In this document: in pieces, positions 12,720-24,994 of the stretch
Position numbering within the stretch: the stretch's first letter is position 1
Layout of the letters: every line of letters starts with the position of its first letter
Assembly (NCBI RefSeq): GCF_006345805.1
Contig: NC_043003.1
Span: 8,680,001-8,744,000, forward strand
DNA: 64,000 nucleotides
Source: Octopus sinensis
Taxonomy: Eukaryota
Direction of reading: 5' to 3'
The notes under the pieces: generated by a model
What the model saw: the letters and a program-made list of their open reading frames with translations, nothing else
Database searches by the model: none
What the model was told of the DNA's origin: nothing
Position numbers and translations under genes: made by a program

Positions 12720-13215
12720 TCATATATATATATATATATACATACATACATACCTACATACATATATATATATATATACATATACATACGTACATATATA
12801 CATACATACATACCTACATACATATATATATATATATATACATATACATACGTACATATATACATACATACATACCTACATACATATATATATATATATA
12901 TACATAACATACGTACATATATACATACATACATACCTACATACATATATATATATATATACATATACATACGTGCATATATACATACTACATACCTACA
13001 TACATATATATATATATATACATACATACATACATACGTACATATATACATACATACATACCTATATACATATATATATATATATACATATACATACATA
13101 CATACATACATACATACATACATACATACATACGTACATACATACATACGTACATATATATATACACATACATATTACACACATACACTCGCCGCATACA
13201 CACACACACACACAG
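12720..13215. repeat. TA/TACA microsatellite with ~60-bp higher-order periodicity
   Basis: CATACGT(A/G)CATATATACATAC..CATACCTA block recurs about five times. Confidence 0.8.
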
Positions 13216-14064
13216 ACACACTCATAGACCCATATACACACTAGCTTGATGTTTTCGTAAACCTTTTCAGTTTGTTTAAAATACAATAAATAAACAAACA
13301 AATAAACGAGCAAACAAACAAAATAGACAAACAAACAAACAAACAAATACCATACAATACAATGGAGCAATGGCCACAAACAGAAGAGAAAAAATGTCCT
13401 AAAAGAAGGCTAAACCAGGAAATTAGCAATGCCGGATGCACTGAGTAACAGAAACCTTACCTGTTATTAGTGAGTCTAGCAATGTATGTATTGCTGTTAT
13501 TGCCGTGATTGTTGTTGTTGCTGTTGTTCTTGTTGTTGTTGTTGGTGGTGGTGACGTCGTTATTGATGCTTATTCTGTGTTTGTTGTTGTTTGTGTTGCT
13601 GTTGTTGTTGTTGAAGTTTGTTTTAGTTCGTGAGACGTAATTATTTAATCGTAGCCTTCGACGTAGACCAAGTAAAGAAAAACCAACAAAACAAACTAAA
13701 AAAGAATAGAAAAGAGTGGGTTAGTGTGGTAGTGGTGTTGGTGGTGCTGGTAGCGATGGTAATGATAGTGGTGGTGGTGTTGATGTTGTTGTTGTTGTTG
13801 GTGGTGGTGTTGGTGTAGTCTGTATTGGTGTTAGTGGTGACGCTGTTGGAAGTGAAAATACTTCACTGTTATTGTTGCAGCAGATGCAACGTGGCCAAAT
13901 GGTTACGAAGTCTGCTCGACGCTCTAGAAGTCGTAGGTTCGATTCCGCTGCTCAGCATCTTGTGTCCGAACCTTCAGTTGAGTGTCTAGAATAAGGGAGG
14001 GGTGGGCATTGCTAAATGCACATTTCTACCTCCATTGCCGCTGAACCACTTCCGTCTGCGACTC

Positions 14065-14416
14065 TCTTTTACTCTTTTACTTGTTTCAGTCATTTGACTG
14101 CGGCCATGCTGAAGCATCGCCATTAGTCGAGCAAGTCGACCTCAGGACTTCTTCTTTGTAAACACACCAGCATCGGTTTTCAAGTGATGTTGGTGGGGGG
14201 GGGGACAAACACAGACACAAACACACATATATATATATACATACACATATGTACGACAGGCTTCTTTCAGTTTCCGTCTACCAAATCTACTCACAAGGCT
14301 TTGGTTGGTCCGAGGCTATAGTAGAAGACACTTGCCCAAGGTGCCACGCAGTGGGACTAAATCCGGAACCATGTGGTTGTTAAGGAAGGTACTTACCACA
14401 CAGCCACTCCTGCGCC
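14065..14416 (-). mobile_element. SINE-A with an internal deletion
   Basis: Homology to the other family A copies. Confidence 0.8.
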
Positions 14417-14697
14417 TATGATACATGTTTGAGATCAATTTTTACACTATATATCTGTAAGAGATGTAACCTCGGAATGGAATGCTGCAGTTTATTAGAC
14501 TCTCAACGATCTATCTGCTTTACGTATAATACACAGTCTGCTATTTTGAACTATTTCTGTCACACGTAACGAATTTTTATTCAGTCTGCCGACGAACTGC
14601 AAACGTCTGTGAGTTTTTAAACTACTGTTTTACTATATCAATAGTGGCTGGTTTTGTCTCAGTATGCGGTCGCCAGACGATACTTGCTACTCACGAA

Positions 14698-14870
14698 GCA
14701 GAATCGTTAGCAGGCTCTAGTTTCTGAGTTCAAATTCCGCCGAGGTCGACTTTGCCTTTCATCCTTTCGGGGTGGATAAAATAAGTACCTGTGGCGTACT
14801 GGGGTGGATGTAATCTATTCATCCCCTCTCCAAAAATTGTTGCCCTTGTGTCAAATTTTGAAAGCATTAT
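14698..14870 (+). mobile_element. SINE-B2 with a (TTA/GTT)n tail extending to about 15008
   Basis: Same head and body as B1 but a different tail (CCCCTCTCCAAAAATT..CCTTGTG..GAAAGCATTATCATT). Confidence 0.75.
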
Positions 14871-14950
14871 CATTATTATTATTATTTTTTTTCTTATTTT
14901 TCTTATTCTTATTTTTATCATTGTTGTTATTATTATTGTTGTTGTTGTTG

Positions 14951-14994
<44 letters not shown>

Positions 14995-15009
14995 GTTATT
15001 ATTATCATC

Positions 15010-15750
15010 CAGTAGTCTTATTTTTATAACGTGCTTTCACTGCACTACCGAGCGCAGCTCTGTGTGCCTTGGGTATGTGCTGTGGTTTGTTGTGATGTTC
15101 TTATTTTTACTGTATTGAAAGTATTTTACGTAAGATGTGTTCGGTGCCTAGTAGTGCTATTTTCTGTATGTTATACATACTTGAAAATCCTGGTGTTTTT
15201 GTTATGTATTTGCCTCAATGCTTTTTTATCATACCTAACGCACCTATAATAATAGGAATTGTTTCTATTCTTAGGGTCCACATTCGAGTTACCTCTATTT
15301 CCAGATCTTTGTATTTTGGAGGTTTCTCCGTTTCTTTTAGAGATACGTTGTCATCTGCTGGTATTGATACATCAATTAGAAAGCATTTTTTTTCTTGGTG
15401 ATTTCTGACTACTATATCCGGCCTAATAGCTTTGATTTCTCTATCTGGCAGAATCGTTAGCTCGCTGGACGAAGTGCTTACTGGCATTTTACGTTCTGAG
15501 TTCAAATTCCGCCGAGGTTGACTTTGCCTTTCATCCTTTCGGAGTCGATTAAAACATTTACCAGTTACGCACTAGGGTCCATGTAATCGACTTAATCCCT
15601 TTGTCTGTCCTTGTTTGCTTCCTCTATGTTTAGCCTCTTGTATGCAATAAAGAAATATATCTGTGTATTGGCATATCCTAGAGTATGGTTGCTCTCTCAT
15701 TTTCTGTGACCTTTTCTGGGGTCTGCCTATACCATCTTTTCTTTAATTCA
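15010..15750 (-). mobile_element. R4/Dong-like non-LTR retrotransposon 3' end (restriction-like endonuclease), split by SINE-B1
   Basis: WYRQTPEKVTENERATIL*DMPIHTD | REIKAIRPDIVV...CFLIDVSIP...KYKDLEIEVTRMW...PIIIGALG...IQKIALLGTEHILRKIL, stop at 15107-15109, ~95-nt UTR, then (TAA)n. Confidence 0.85.
15448..15657 (+). mobile_element. SINE-B1 monomer inserted in the Dong-like element
   Basis: TATCTG duplicated at 15442-15447 and 15658-15663. Removing the SINE restores the motif ...TDREIK... Confidence 0.88.
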
Positions 15751-15764
15751 ATCCCGAAGTGAAA

Positions 15765-16030
15765 GCGGTGTGGCAGGGAGGCAATGCTGTTCCGGAAAGG
15801 TCTGGGCCTCAAGAGACAATCGATCTTCCGGGACCCGGACGGTAAGCTGGTACTCATACATGTGAAATGCAAGGAAATCGCTAGACGGGAGAGTTCTGAG
15901 TTCTGCGGAAACAGGTATTGTGGTGGACCGGAACACGGAGGGTGGGTGTGATTTTAACAACTTCAGGCTCATAACTCTGCTAAATGTAGAGTTGAAGATT
16001 TTGGCGCAGGTGTTATGGAAGAGGTTGACC
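15765..16030 (+). pseudogene. Internally deleted L1/Tx1-type ORF2 remnant (APE fragment next to RT fragment)
   Basis: SGVA..MLFRKGL...FRDPDGKLVLIHV, followed within ~80 bp by FNNFRLITLLNVELKILAQVLWKRL. Confidence 0.55.
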
Positions 16031-16059
16031 TTTTAGACAGTATGATTAAGGACGTCGAG

Positions 16060-16258
16060 CTTGGCAGAATCGTTAGCTGTGAAAATGCTTAGGGCATTTG
16101 TTCTGCCTCTTCATGTTTTGAGTTCAAATGCCATCGAGGTCGATTTTGCGCCCCATCCTTTTGAGGTCGATAAAATAAGTACGTGTCAAATACTGGAGTC
16201 GTTGTAATCGACTTATCCCATCTCCCAGAATTTCAGAGAAAGGATTATTATTATCATT
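16060..16258 (+). mobile_element. Degenerate SINE-B2
   Basis: Head, body and short (ATT)n tail. Confidence 0.65.
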
Positions 16259-16471
16259 GAACTGCCGTTGTGAAAATCATCACTGTTATCACTATTTTGT
16301 CACAGTTGTGAATGATACATGAGACAAAAACGCATAACCCGGCTTTGATAAAATACAAAACCTTTGTTTAAAAGGAAAAGTTGCAAATTACCATGGAGTA
16401 ATACGATACACAAAAGAGATTTGTGGTAAAACTTAATCCTAAACGTAAGTGCAATACGATAAATGGATAGT

Positions 16472-16693
16472 CTTGATATATCGGTTTCAAATTTTGGCAC
16501 AAGGCCAGCAAGTTCAGGAGAGAGGATAAGTCAGTCACATCTATCCCAGTGCTCAACTGGAACATATTTTATCGATCCTGAAAAAGATGAAAAGCAAAGT
16601 CGACCTCGGCGGAATTTGAACGCAGAACGTAAAGACGGACGAGATGCTGCTAAGCATTTTGTCCGGCGTGCTAACGATTCTGCCATATCGCCG
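16472..16693 (-). mobile_element. SINE-B2
   Basis: Homology to the other family B copies. Confidence 0.75.
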
Positions 16694-16925
16694 CTTTATA
16701 GTCTTCATATATTTGTAACTCATATCCCCAATATGTTTATACGATATATCTTTAACGTTACGTAGGAATTCATGTATTAGGTGTCACCAGTTAAATATTA
16801 TTTTTCTCTTACAAGTTTATACACCCATTCACCCACATAAACAGGCGTACACGCTTACTATGTACACATGCGTTCTGATCGGTAAGTGACTCATGTATCT
16901 GTCTGTCTGTCTATCTATATGTCTG

Positions 16926-17020
<95 letters not shown>

Positions 17021-17021
<1 letters not shown>

Positions 17022-20000
17022 GCAGTAAAAGCAGAAGCGATTAGGTACAGCAAAGCACTAGCCATAGATAGAAATAGAGTTGAGGGTGAGCTAGTTAAGA
17101 AGCTAGAAGAGGCAATTAGAAGCGGCATCGCATCCGACGTTTTGGCGGCGAGGTTGGCCCTCGACCAACACTTCAACGCCAAACACGAAGGATGTGCTGT
17201 CAGAGCTAGGATGCGTGCTCTAAGGAACGAAGGTGCGAGGAGCCGCGAGAGAGGCCCGGGTGGCAGAGGCGCAACAGGGCAACAAAGCCACCATTCGGTC
17301 ACTGGTAGATGAACAGGGGCGCGAATTGCTCGAGCCAAGTAAAATGTGTGAGGCCTTTCAGCAGCATTTTGCCCGACTGTTCGGGACGAGTGGAGGGCAA
17401 GAACGTAGGGTGGACTTCAGTGCCTACCTACATAGCTACCACGACTCTCGACAAGAAAGGCAGGGTGCTGCGAAGGTGCCATCACGGCGGCGGAAGTGCA
17501 GGAGGCGATGGCAGAATGCTCGAGGGACAAATCACCGGGTTTGGATGGTCTACCCTACGAGCTTTACAATTGTATGCCAGACTTGTTTGGAGATCTCTTG
17601 GCGGCGGTGTACTGCAACTGGCAGCAAAACGGGAGCATTCCTGGTTTTGTGAGCCGAGGAGCCGTAACACTGCCGAAGAAAGATTAAACAAGGGAAATGT
17701 AATAGATAACTTTAGGCCCATCACTCTGCTTAATGCAGACTTGAAAATTTTGGCCAAGGTGCTAGCCAAGAGGTTGGCGCTTGTCATCGAGAAACTGGTC
17801 GACAGGGCGCAAACATGCGCCGTGCCGGGCCGGACCATCCATGACAACCTCCCCTGATGCGCTACATCATAGACAGGGTAGTTAACGAACCTGGCATGGG
17901 TGGGGCGCTGATCAATTTGGATCAATCGAAAGCTTTCGATAGGGTAGACCATCGATACTTGGAGGCGGTCTCAGAGCGGCAGGCTTCGGTCCCGTCTTCC
18001 GCGGCTGGATAGCCGCTTTGTACAGAGGCATCCGTTCGGTAATTCGCGTGAATGGACATCTATCGAGACCCTTCGACATCGCACGTTCGGTCCGTCAGGG
18101 ATGCCCCCTCTCGTCGCTTCTATACGTATGGACTCTCGAGCCATTATTGCGGAAGCTGGCAACTTTGAGGGGCATCCCGCGAGAACTGGGATGCGGGACG
18201 AGCGTGTCTGCATAAGCGGACGACGTCACCGTCATAGTGTCTAGCCACGAGCACATCGAGCAGGTCGGCGAGACACTGAAAAACTACGAAGCGAAGTGAC
18301 AGGAGCGAAAATCAACCGGGAAAATCAGTGGGCTTGCGACTAGGACTGGCACCTGGAGAAGCAAGCCCATGCCGTCCACCAGCGCCTCCGTCGTGGGACG
18401 CTGGACCGACGGCCCGGTTTGAGTTGCTCGGGGTCTGGTTTGGTCCGGACCTCCAAGTGGAGAAGAACTGGAACGAGATAACGAGTGGGGTGGTCACTCT
18501 CGCCCGGCAATGGGCCGAGAGGAGGAAACTGTCCCTAAAAGTCGGGCGGAGGTGGCGAACACGTACATCGCGTCCGTCATCTACTACCGCCTGACCGTCG
18601 TACCTTGTCCCGACCCTACCATCACCAAACTACAACGCATTCTCTTTCGCTTCTTGTGGAAAGGATGCGTCCCGATGGTCAGGCGATCCATTTGCTGTCA
18701 ACATCCGCTAAAAGGAGGGCTGGGCATGCCGTGGTTGATGATGCGCAGACACGCGCTGAGACTGCGACATCTCTGGCTCTATGTAGACGATGGTGAACAC
18801 GTGTGGTTGCCGTTTGTGAGGCACGCTTTCCCGCAACTCGTCTCCATGACCGAACTGCAGTCGTGGATCAAAAAGAGGCCGAGGAAGGGCGATTGGCACC
18901 GCGAGTGTCGCGTTGCTCTCAAGCAACTCTGCCGTCCCGGGTCGACCTTGAGTGACTTCAACACAACCAAAGCATTCTATAGGGGATTAGTGGAGGGGAG
19001 GTACGACGACGAGCTCGGGGCGAACCTGGACGTCGACGAGGAGTACCTGACCCGCCTGTTCAGGACGACTTTCGGCCCATGGACAACTTCCAGAGATCCC
19101 TGGCCTGGCAGTGCTACCGAGAACCGCTACCCGTTCGGGATAAGCTCTACAGACACGGCTCGAGAAACACGGGGCCGACCTGCCCGAGATGCGGTCAGAG
19201 CGACGAAACCGTTCTGCACGCACTCGTGCAGTGTCCAACAATTTCCGACCTGTGGGCTTATGTCGAACAACTGCTGTCACGTGTGGGACGAGTCGGTTTA
19301 TCAGCTGTGTCTATCGTCAATATTGTCACGCCTCCTTCCTTCAAACGGGAAGGTAGAGCTATTTTCATCATCCTTGTGGCTATGGCGAAAGAATGTATCT
19401 GGTGGACGCGTCTGAAAGGATTGGAGACAAACACTTTCCACTCTGGTCAACCTCTCATCAACTTCTTCAAGTACCACTTGAAAAGGAAAGTGAGAGTAGA
19501 GAGGCAAGTTTTGTCTAGCGAATGTTTTAAAAAAAGATGGGTGAATGTAGCAAGGATGGCACGTATGAATGACGAAGCCACCTTGAGCATAATCCTATGA
19601 ACCCAGAAATTGAAAACAGAGGGTTACCCACTTGCAAACAAATATAACAATATTGACCAAGGTTACCGTGGTCTTTTTCGTAGGCTTTTCTTCCCACGGA
19701 TAAACCTTACTTGCTTTCCCCTTTACACCATATATCATAACACTGTGATACACGATCCCTATTGATCATTCTTTTTTTTCCTCTTCCCCTTTTTTCCCCT
19801 CTTTTCTTCTTTTTTCATTTCTCTTTCCTTTTGTTCCTTTTCCTTTTCTTTTTTTCTTTTTATTCTTTTTATTTTATTCAGTTTTTTTTTGTTTTTGTTC
19901 TTTTCTTCCCTTTTACGATCCCTCTTGATCGAAAACCTACGCCACCCCCTTTTTTTTCTTTTGTTTTTTGTTCTCTTCATCCCCCAAAAGAAAAGCTCTA

Positions 20001-20051
20001 CCTTGTAACTTGTCCCATCTGTGTGCAGCCCTGTGTGGCCAATAAAGAAAC

Positions 20052-20052
<1 letters not shown>
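17021..20052 (+). mobile_element. L1/Tx1-type LINE copy 1, 5'-truncated and inactivated, inside (TATC)n
   Basis: DKSPGLDG, NFRPITLLNADLKILAKVLAKRL, LDQSKAFDRVDH, VRQGCPLS, YADD destroyed by TAA at 18213-18215, [18 protein letters not shown] zinc knuckle, stop at 19600, UTR ending AATAAAGAAACT. CTAT repeats at about 16895-17020 and from 20053. Confidence 0.92.
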
Positions 20053-20097
<45 letters not shown>

Positions 20098-20098
20098 G

Positions 20099-20133
<35 letters not shown>

Positions 20134-20844
20134 GTCTGTCTGTCTGTTTGTTTGTCTGTCTGTCTGTCTCTCTCTGCATATATGTATGTATGTATGTATG
20201 CATGTATGTATGTATGTATGTATGTATGTATGTATGTATGTATGTATGTATGTATGTATGTATGTATGCATGTATATAACAAAACGTGTGAGTGTTAGAA
20301 TTCTATATTTGTGAGATGAGAAATTTTATATATTTTTATTAGTCGAACTGGTCTTCTCATCTTGATTGTTGCTCTCACTACAACTGAAGCAAGAAATGTC
20401 ACGAAAAGCAGTGAGCAGAATGTGAACAGTGTACCCCCATAGTTCAAATAAAGGGTTAGGTTCGAACTTCCGATACAACAACCCGGGTTCAACACAAGAC
20501 ACCTGAAAAAGGCTCTAGTGTATAACAGTCGAAACGTGGTTAAAGCAACAATCGGGATGAAGACAACCATCCGATCAATATAAACAGTATATATGACGAG
20601 AGGGTGTTCATAAAATATTTATTTATACAACCCTACGTCCGTTTCATTAACAATGATTATTAGTTATATTTAATAATCAAAATGCTTTACCAGATGTGTA
20701 TTATTTGATGGGAAGAGACTTCACTGAGTTTAGATTTTCGTTTTGTAATCACCATTAGAGTAAAGTGAGAGTTCTGTTTCATTCGGATATTAGTATCAGT
20801 TGAATGAATATAAACTAGTGGCCGGCACCAGTGTTCCGTAAAAT

Positions 20845-20960
20845 TCTCTTGCCTTTCATCCTTTCGAAATCGATGAAAATAAGGACTAGTTGAGCACTGG
20901 GGTTGATCTAATCGACTGGTCCCGCTACCAAAATTTCAGGCCTTGTGCCTATAGTAGAAA
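20845..20960 (+). mobile_element. SINE-B2 3' part with a (CTA/CTG)n tail extending to about 21365
   Basis: GCCTTTCATCCTTTCG...GGCCTTGTGCCTATAGTAGAAA followed directly by CTA repeats. Confidence 0.75.
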
Positions 20961-20962
20961 CG

Positions 20963-21073
<111 letters not shown>

Positions 21074-21302
21074 GCTGCTGCTGCTACTACTACCACTACT
21101 ACTTCTGCTGCTGCTGCTACTACTACTACTACTACTACTGCTGCTGCTGCTACTACTACTACTACTACTACTACTACTGCTGCTGCTTCTGCTACTACTA
21201 CTACTACTACTACTACTGCTGCTGCTACTACTACCACTACTACTACTTCTGCTGCTGCTGCTACTACTACTACCACTACTACTTCTGCTGCTGCTGCTTC
21301 TG

Positions 21303-21338
<36 letters not shown>

Positions 21339-21990
21339 GTGCTGCTGCTGCTGCCGCCGCCACTTAACCCCACCACCACCACCATCATCATCATAGCTTA
21401 AAAATTTGATCACCCCATTATCTTTGAGGCAGCGTTTTACCATTAAGCTCTTCCACAGCCCTCTTAGCGTAGCGTAACCCTTGAGCCAATCTGTCGCCAA
21501 ACAGTTCTAGTTTGAAATTAATTTTTAACAATATTGAAAATTTTTCCTTGTATTTATAAAGAAACACGCATGTATAATGATTACTTCTAGAATTTATTCA
21601 GAACATGAAATTTAATTGGTAGCGCTGTAGGAGCTACCAATAAATGACTAATAGTGTAATAAATTCCAATTGAAAATAAAACTTCGTGGAATTTCACGTT
21701 ACAGGGACATTTTAAACATCGTTCTAGTAAAGTGCATGGGTCAGGTACTGCATGAAGTCATTTAATTCCGTAATAATTGTAGCGCCACCGAGGTTCACTA
21801 TCTTAAAATTGTTCTTTCATTATACAAGAGAAAACAAACATTAAGGCAGAGCGATTTTTAATTTAATTTACCTATAAATTGTACAGATTCGACAATTATA
21901 TCGAAAATATAATTTTGAAGCAAAATAAGAAAAGTAATGAATTGAAGATCGAAAAACTTCGTAAATGTCCCAATAATAATAATAATAATA

Positions 21991-22468
21991 TTGACTTGGT
22001 ATAAAAGATGGGCTACAGCAAATATTCTGCTCAATACCACAGATTTGCTTGTCAGTTGTTTGACCGTAACCAGTTGAGCATGTCCCTTAGTAGCTGACGA
22101 TATGTGCATCTCTGATCACGAGCAAAAGTAGTGGGAGAGCATCATAACGGTGTGTTGAGAGGGATTCTTTGGGGTTTGAATAATTCACCTCTGGAAACAT
22201 GGGTGGTTCTTTCAACATCCTTAAACAACCCTTATTCAGGGACTTTTTGAGCGGGATGGGCTACTCAACCTGAAGAAAATTCTAACTGCCCCCCCCCCTG
22301 CAAGGGCATGTGCTGTTTATCTTGATATGAGATCACCATGTGGCGCACATATGGTTGTGATGCATGTGCCTGGTGTACCCTTATCAGACGGGTAGTCATG
22401 ATGGGTATATTGGGCTTCGTATATTTTACCACAGTGTCACTTTGATGGCATGAACTGCTCTCTCACTC
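21991..22468. mobile_element. 478-bp non-coding element flanked on both sides by (TAA)n
   Basis: Complex sequence between TAA tracts at 21972-21990 and 22469-22510. No ORF. Confidence 0.55.
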
Positions 22469-22811
22469 AATAATAATAATAGTAATAATAATAATAATAA
22501 TAGTAATAATGATATTCATATTAGAAGAAATAGCCGCGTGATTCTGTGAAAAGTTGCATAATCCGCCATTTGCTGCCCAATACGGCAAATCTGCTCAGTG
22601 AAAATAATGGAGATTAGCACCAAGCTTTATTCAGCAATATCTTATTATGTCGCGACAGGATCATGTAGCTGATTTGGAATAGGGAAGGCATGTCATTAAT
22701 GAGGTCTTTAATCCTGATGAAAGGACTTTGAGAAACCTAGGACTTGAGAAACCTTGACCGAATGATTAATCAAACGATCGTTTAGTTAATTGATGAAATA
22801 GTTAACCAGTT

Positions 22812-23175
22812 AATGAATAGTTAAGTTAAGTTAATTTAAGTTAAGTAAAGTTAATTTTTTGGCTCAAAAAGCAAGGCCATGTAGGGGGACATGGAGTTAT
22901 GTACAGGGAGGGTGTTCATGCAAAGAGTTCAGGCCATTTCTGGTCAAGAGAGACTTTGAACCGAGCGGTCGTCGGCATCTTCACAATCTCGTCCGGCAGC
23001 TTATTCCACGGATCCGCAACCCGGACGGAGAAAGCCCCTCTCCTTCGATTGAGATGAAATCGAGCTTTTCGGAGTGACCCCGCAGCCGACGCTCTGGAGC
23101 AGGAGTGAAGAACAGCTCTTTCGAGAGGTTACACTTTCCGCTTATGATGTTGTGAGCGAGAATGAGATCACCACA
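22812..23175 (-). mobile_element. CR1-group LINE 3' end with a (TTAAC)n-type tail
   Basis: GDLILAHNIISGKCNLSKELFF...RRLRGHSEKL, a frameshifted AFSVRV/WN.LP-like segment, and a tandem 5-mer tail at 22812-22855. Confidence 0.75.
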
Positions 23176-23831
23176 GTGAAATAGAATTAGTGCGTGTGTT
23201 TATTTTTTGCATAATGACCCTCCAAAGAGACAACAAAATGTGTTTCAACGCTCGTGTTCACATCAAGAACCTTGCAAACTAAATAAAAGAAATTAAATAC
23301 TTAACAATTATATAACAAAAGAAAAGAAAAGACAAAAGGGAACAAACACACACATATACGACGGGCTTCATGTGTGTGTGTGTGTGTGTGTGTGTTTGTC
23401 CCCTACCACCGCTTCACAACCGATGATGGTTCGTTTCGTCTCCGTACATTACCGATAGGCTTAGATAAGAAGGACTGAGCTCGATTCATTCGACTAAAAA
23501 TTCTTCAAGGCAGTGCCCCAGCATGGCCGCAGTTTAGTGACTGGAACAAGTAAAATATAAAGGATATAAGATGTTTATATGAATGCATATATATATATAT
23601 ATATATATATAATCCGCTTAAGTGTATATATATATCCGCTTTATATATATATATATATATATCCAGTTTCTGCTTATACATCCCTTTTTCCACTTCCCAA
23701 GAATCGTTGTCTCAGACAAAACATGCATATCTATCTTTTTATGTATGTATGTATGTATGTATGTATGTATGTATGTATCTAGCTATCTGTATGTATATAT
23801 ACATACACACATACACACACACACACACACG

Positions 23832-23905
<74 letters not shown>

Positions 23906-23981
23906 CATACATACACACACTCACATATATATGGAAAAAAGTGAAGGTAGAAAATGCTAAAATAATTTTAGAAAAAACTTT

Positions 23982-24380
23982 TCAGTATGAGTATTGTTTT
24001 GGTTTTCTTATTTTCAGGAAAGGGTTGTTGGAAGCGTGCTCTGTTTGAAAGATGGTTTCATATTTTGAGAACGAAGAGGCGCCTTTCTCCCAGCGCTGGA
24101 GGGATTTCAGTTCTTCTTTATCACAATCCTTTTTCCATAGCTTGGAGATCTTCTCTTGATCAGTGCCTTGGGTCATTTTGCTAATTTCTTGGTTGACCAC
24201 TCCATCGATGGATTTTACATTATCTTCATTCGTCTGGGCCCTCAATTTTAGAAGTTCTATTTCCATTTTCATTTTTTCCTGTGCTATTCTTTCTCTGAGG
24301 AGTCTTTATGTTTCGGGTCCATCTGTAATGGTTTTGATATTGAGTTTACGTGGGAGAATTAACGGTGTCCGATTGAGCAA
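23982..24380 (-). pseudogene. Decayed coding remnant of unknown, probably transposon, origin
   Basis: Charged helical ORF MKMEIELLKLRAQ...LWKKDCDKEE with a frameshifted upstream PLILPRKL segment. Family not recognised. Confidence 0.3.
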
Positions 24381-24689
24381 TATTTCGTATACATCTGCTT
24401 TATTGTTATATATATATATATATTATATATATATATATATATATTGTGTGTGTAAGTATGTTATGTATGTATGTTATGTATTTTTATACACACACGTGTG
24501 TGTGTGGCTGTGTGGCTTGATGGGTGTGTAATATTTAAGCTTTTAATGTGTTATTTTAAAATTTTACAACACACCCATTCATGACTTTTAATCGTAAGAG
24601 GGCGTTGTGGTGCCTGTGTTTAGACGGTCTCGCCCAAACTGCTGATACGAAATGACAAAGAACAGAATACGAAGAAAAAGAATGAAATG

Positions 24690-24960
24690 TGATGTCTCTT
24701 GGGACTCTCTTTAACTCCCAATCAGCTACTTTTTGGCCATATAACAACACACGTGTTTTTTTCCGGGCTATCTTCTCCATTCTCCTCTTCTCCCTCGCTG
24801 GAGTTTCCTTCTTTCCGACGAAGAGCTACGCTCGAAACGTCATTTCAACTCCTGTTTTTCCATCCAAAACAACCACTGAACATTAATCTAATATATTCAC
24901 CGAGGACGTTGTTTTTTACTGTTTTCTCCTATGCCATACTTTTGATTTTCCTATGCATAT
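24690..24960 (+). mobile_element. Family W-related hammerhead-like element (degenerate stem I)
   Basis: CCGACGA-A-GAGC-TAC-GCTC-GAAAC-GTC at 24815-24841. Boundaries approximate. Confidence 0.45.
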
Positions 24961-24994
24961 GCATACATATATGAATAAATAATGATAACAATAA

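Noticed and set aside
15010-15106. Dong 3' UTR as donor of the SINE-B2 tail
   Set aside because: No visible similarity, and the repeat polarity differs (TAA versus ATT on the element strand).
20053-20170. (TATC)n as merely the LINE's own 3' tail
   Set aside because: The same repeat is present at three different 5' truncation points.
20498-20540. Hammerhead-like CTGAAAA...GAAACGTG
   Set aside because: G8 is lost and the GUG triplet is not cleavable; at most a decayed relic.
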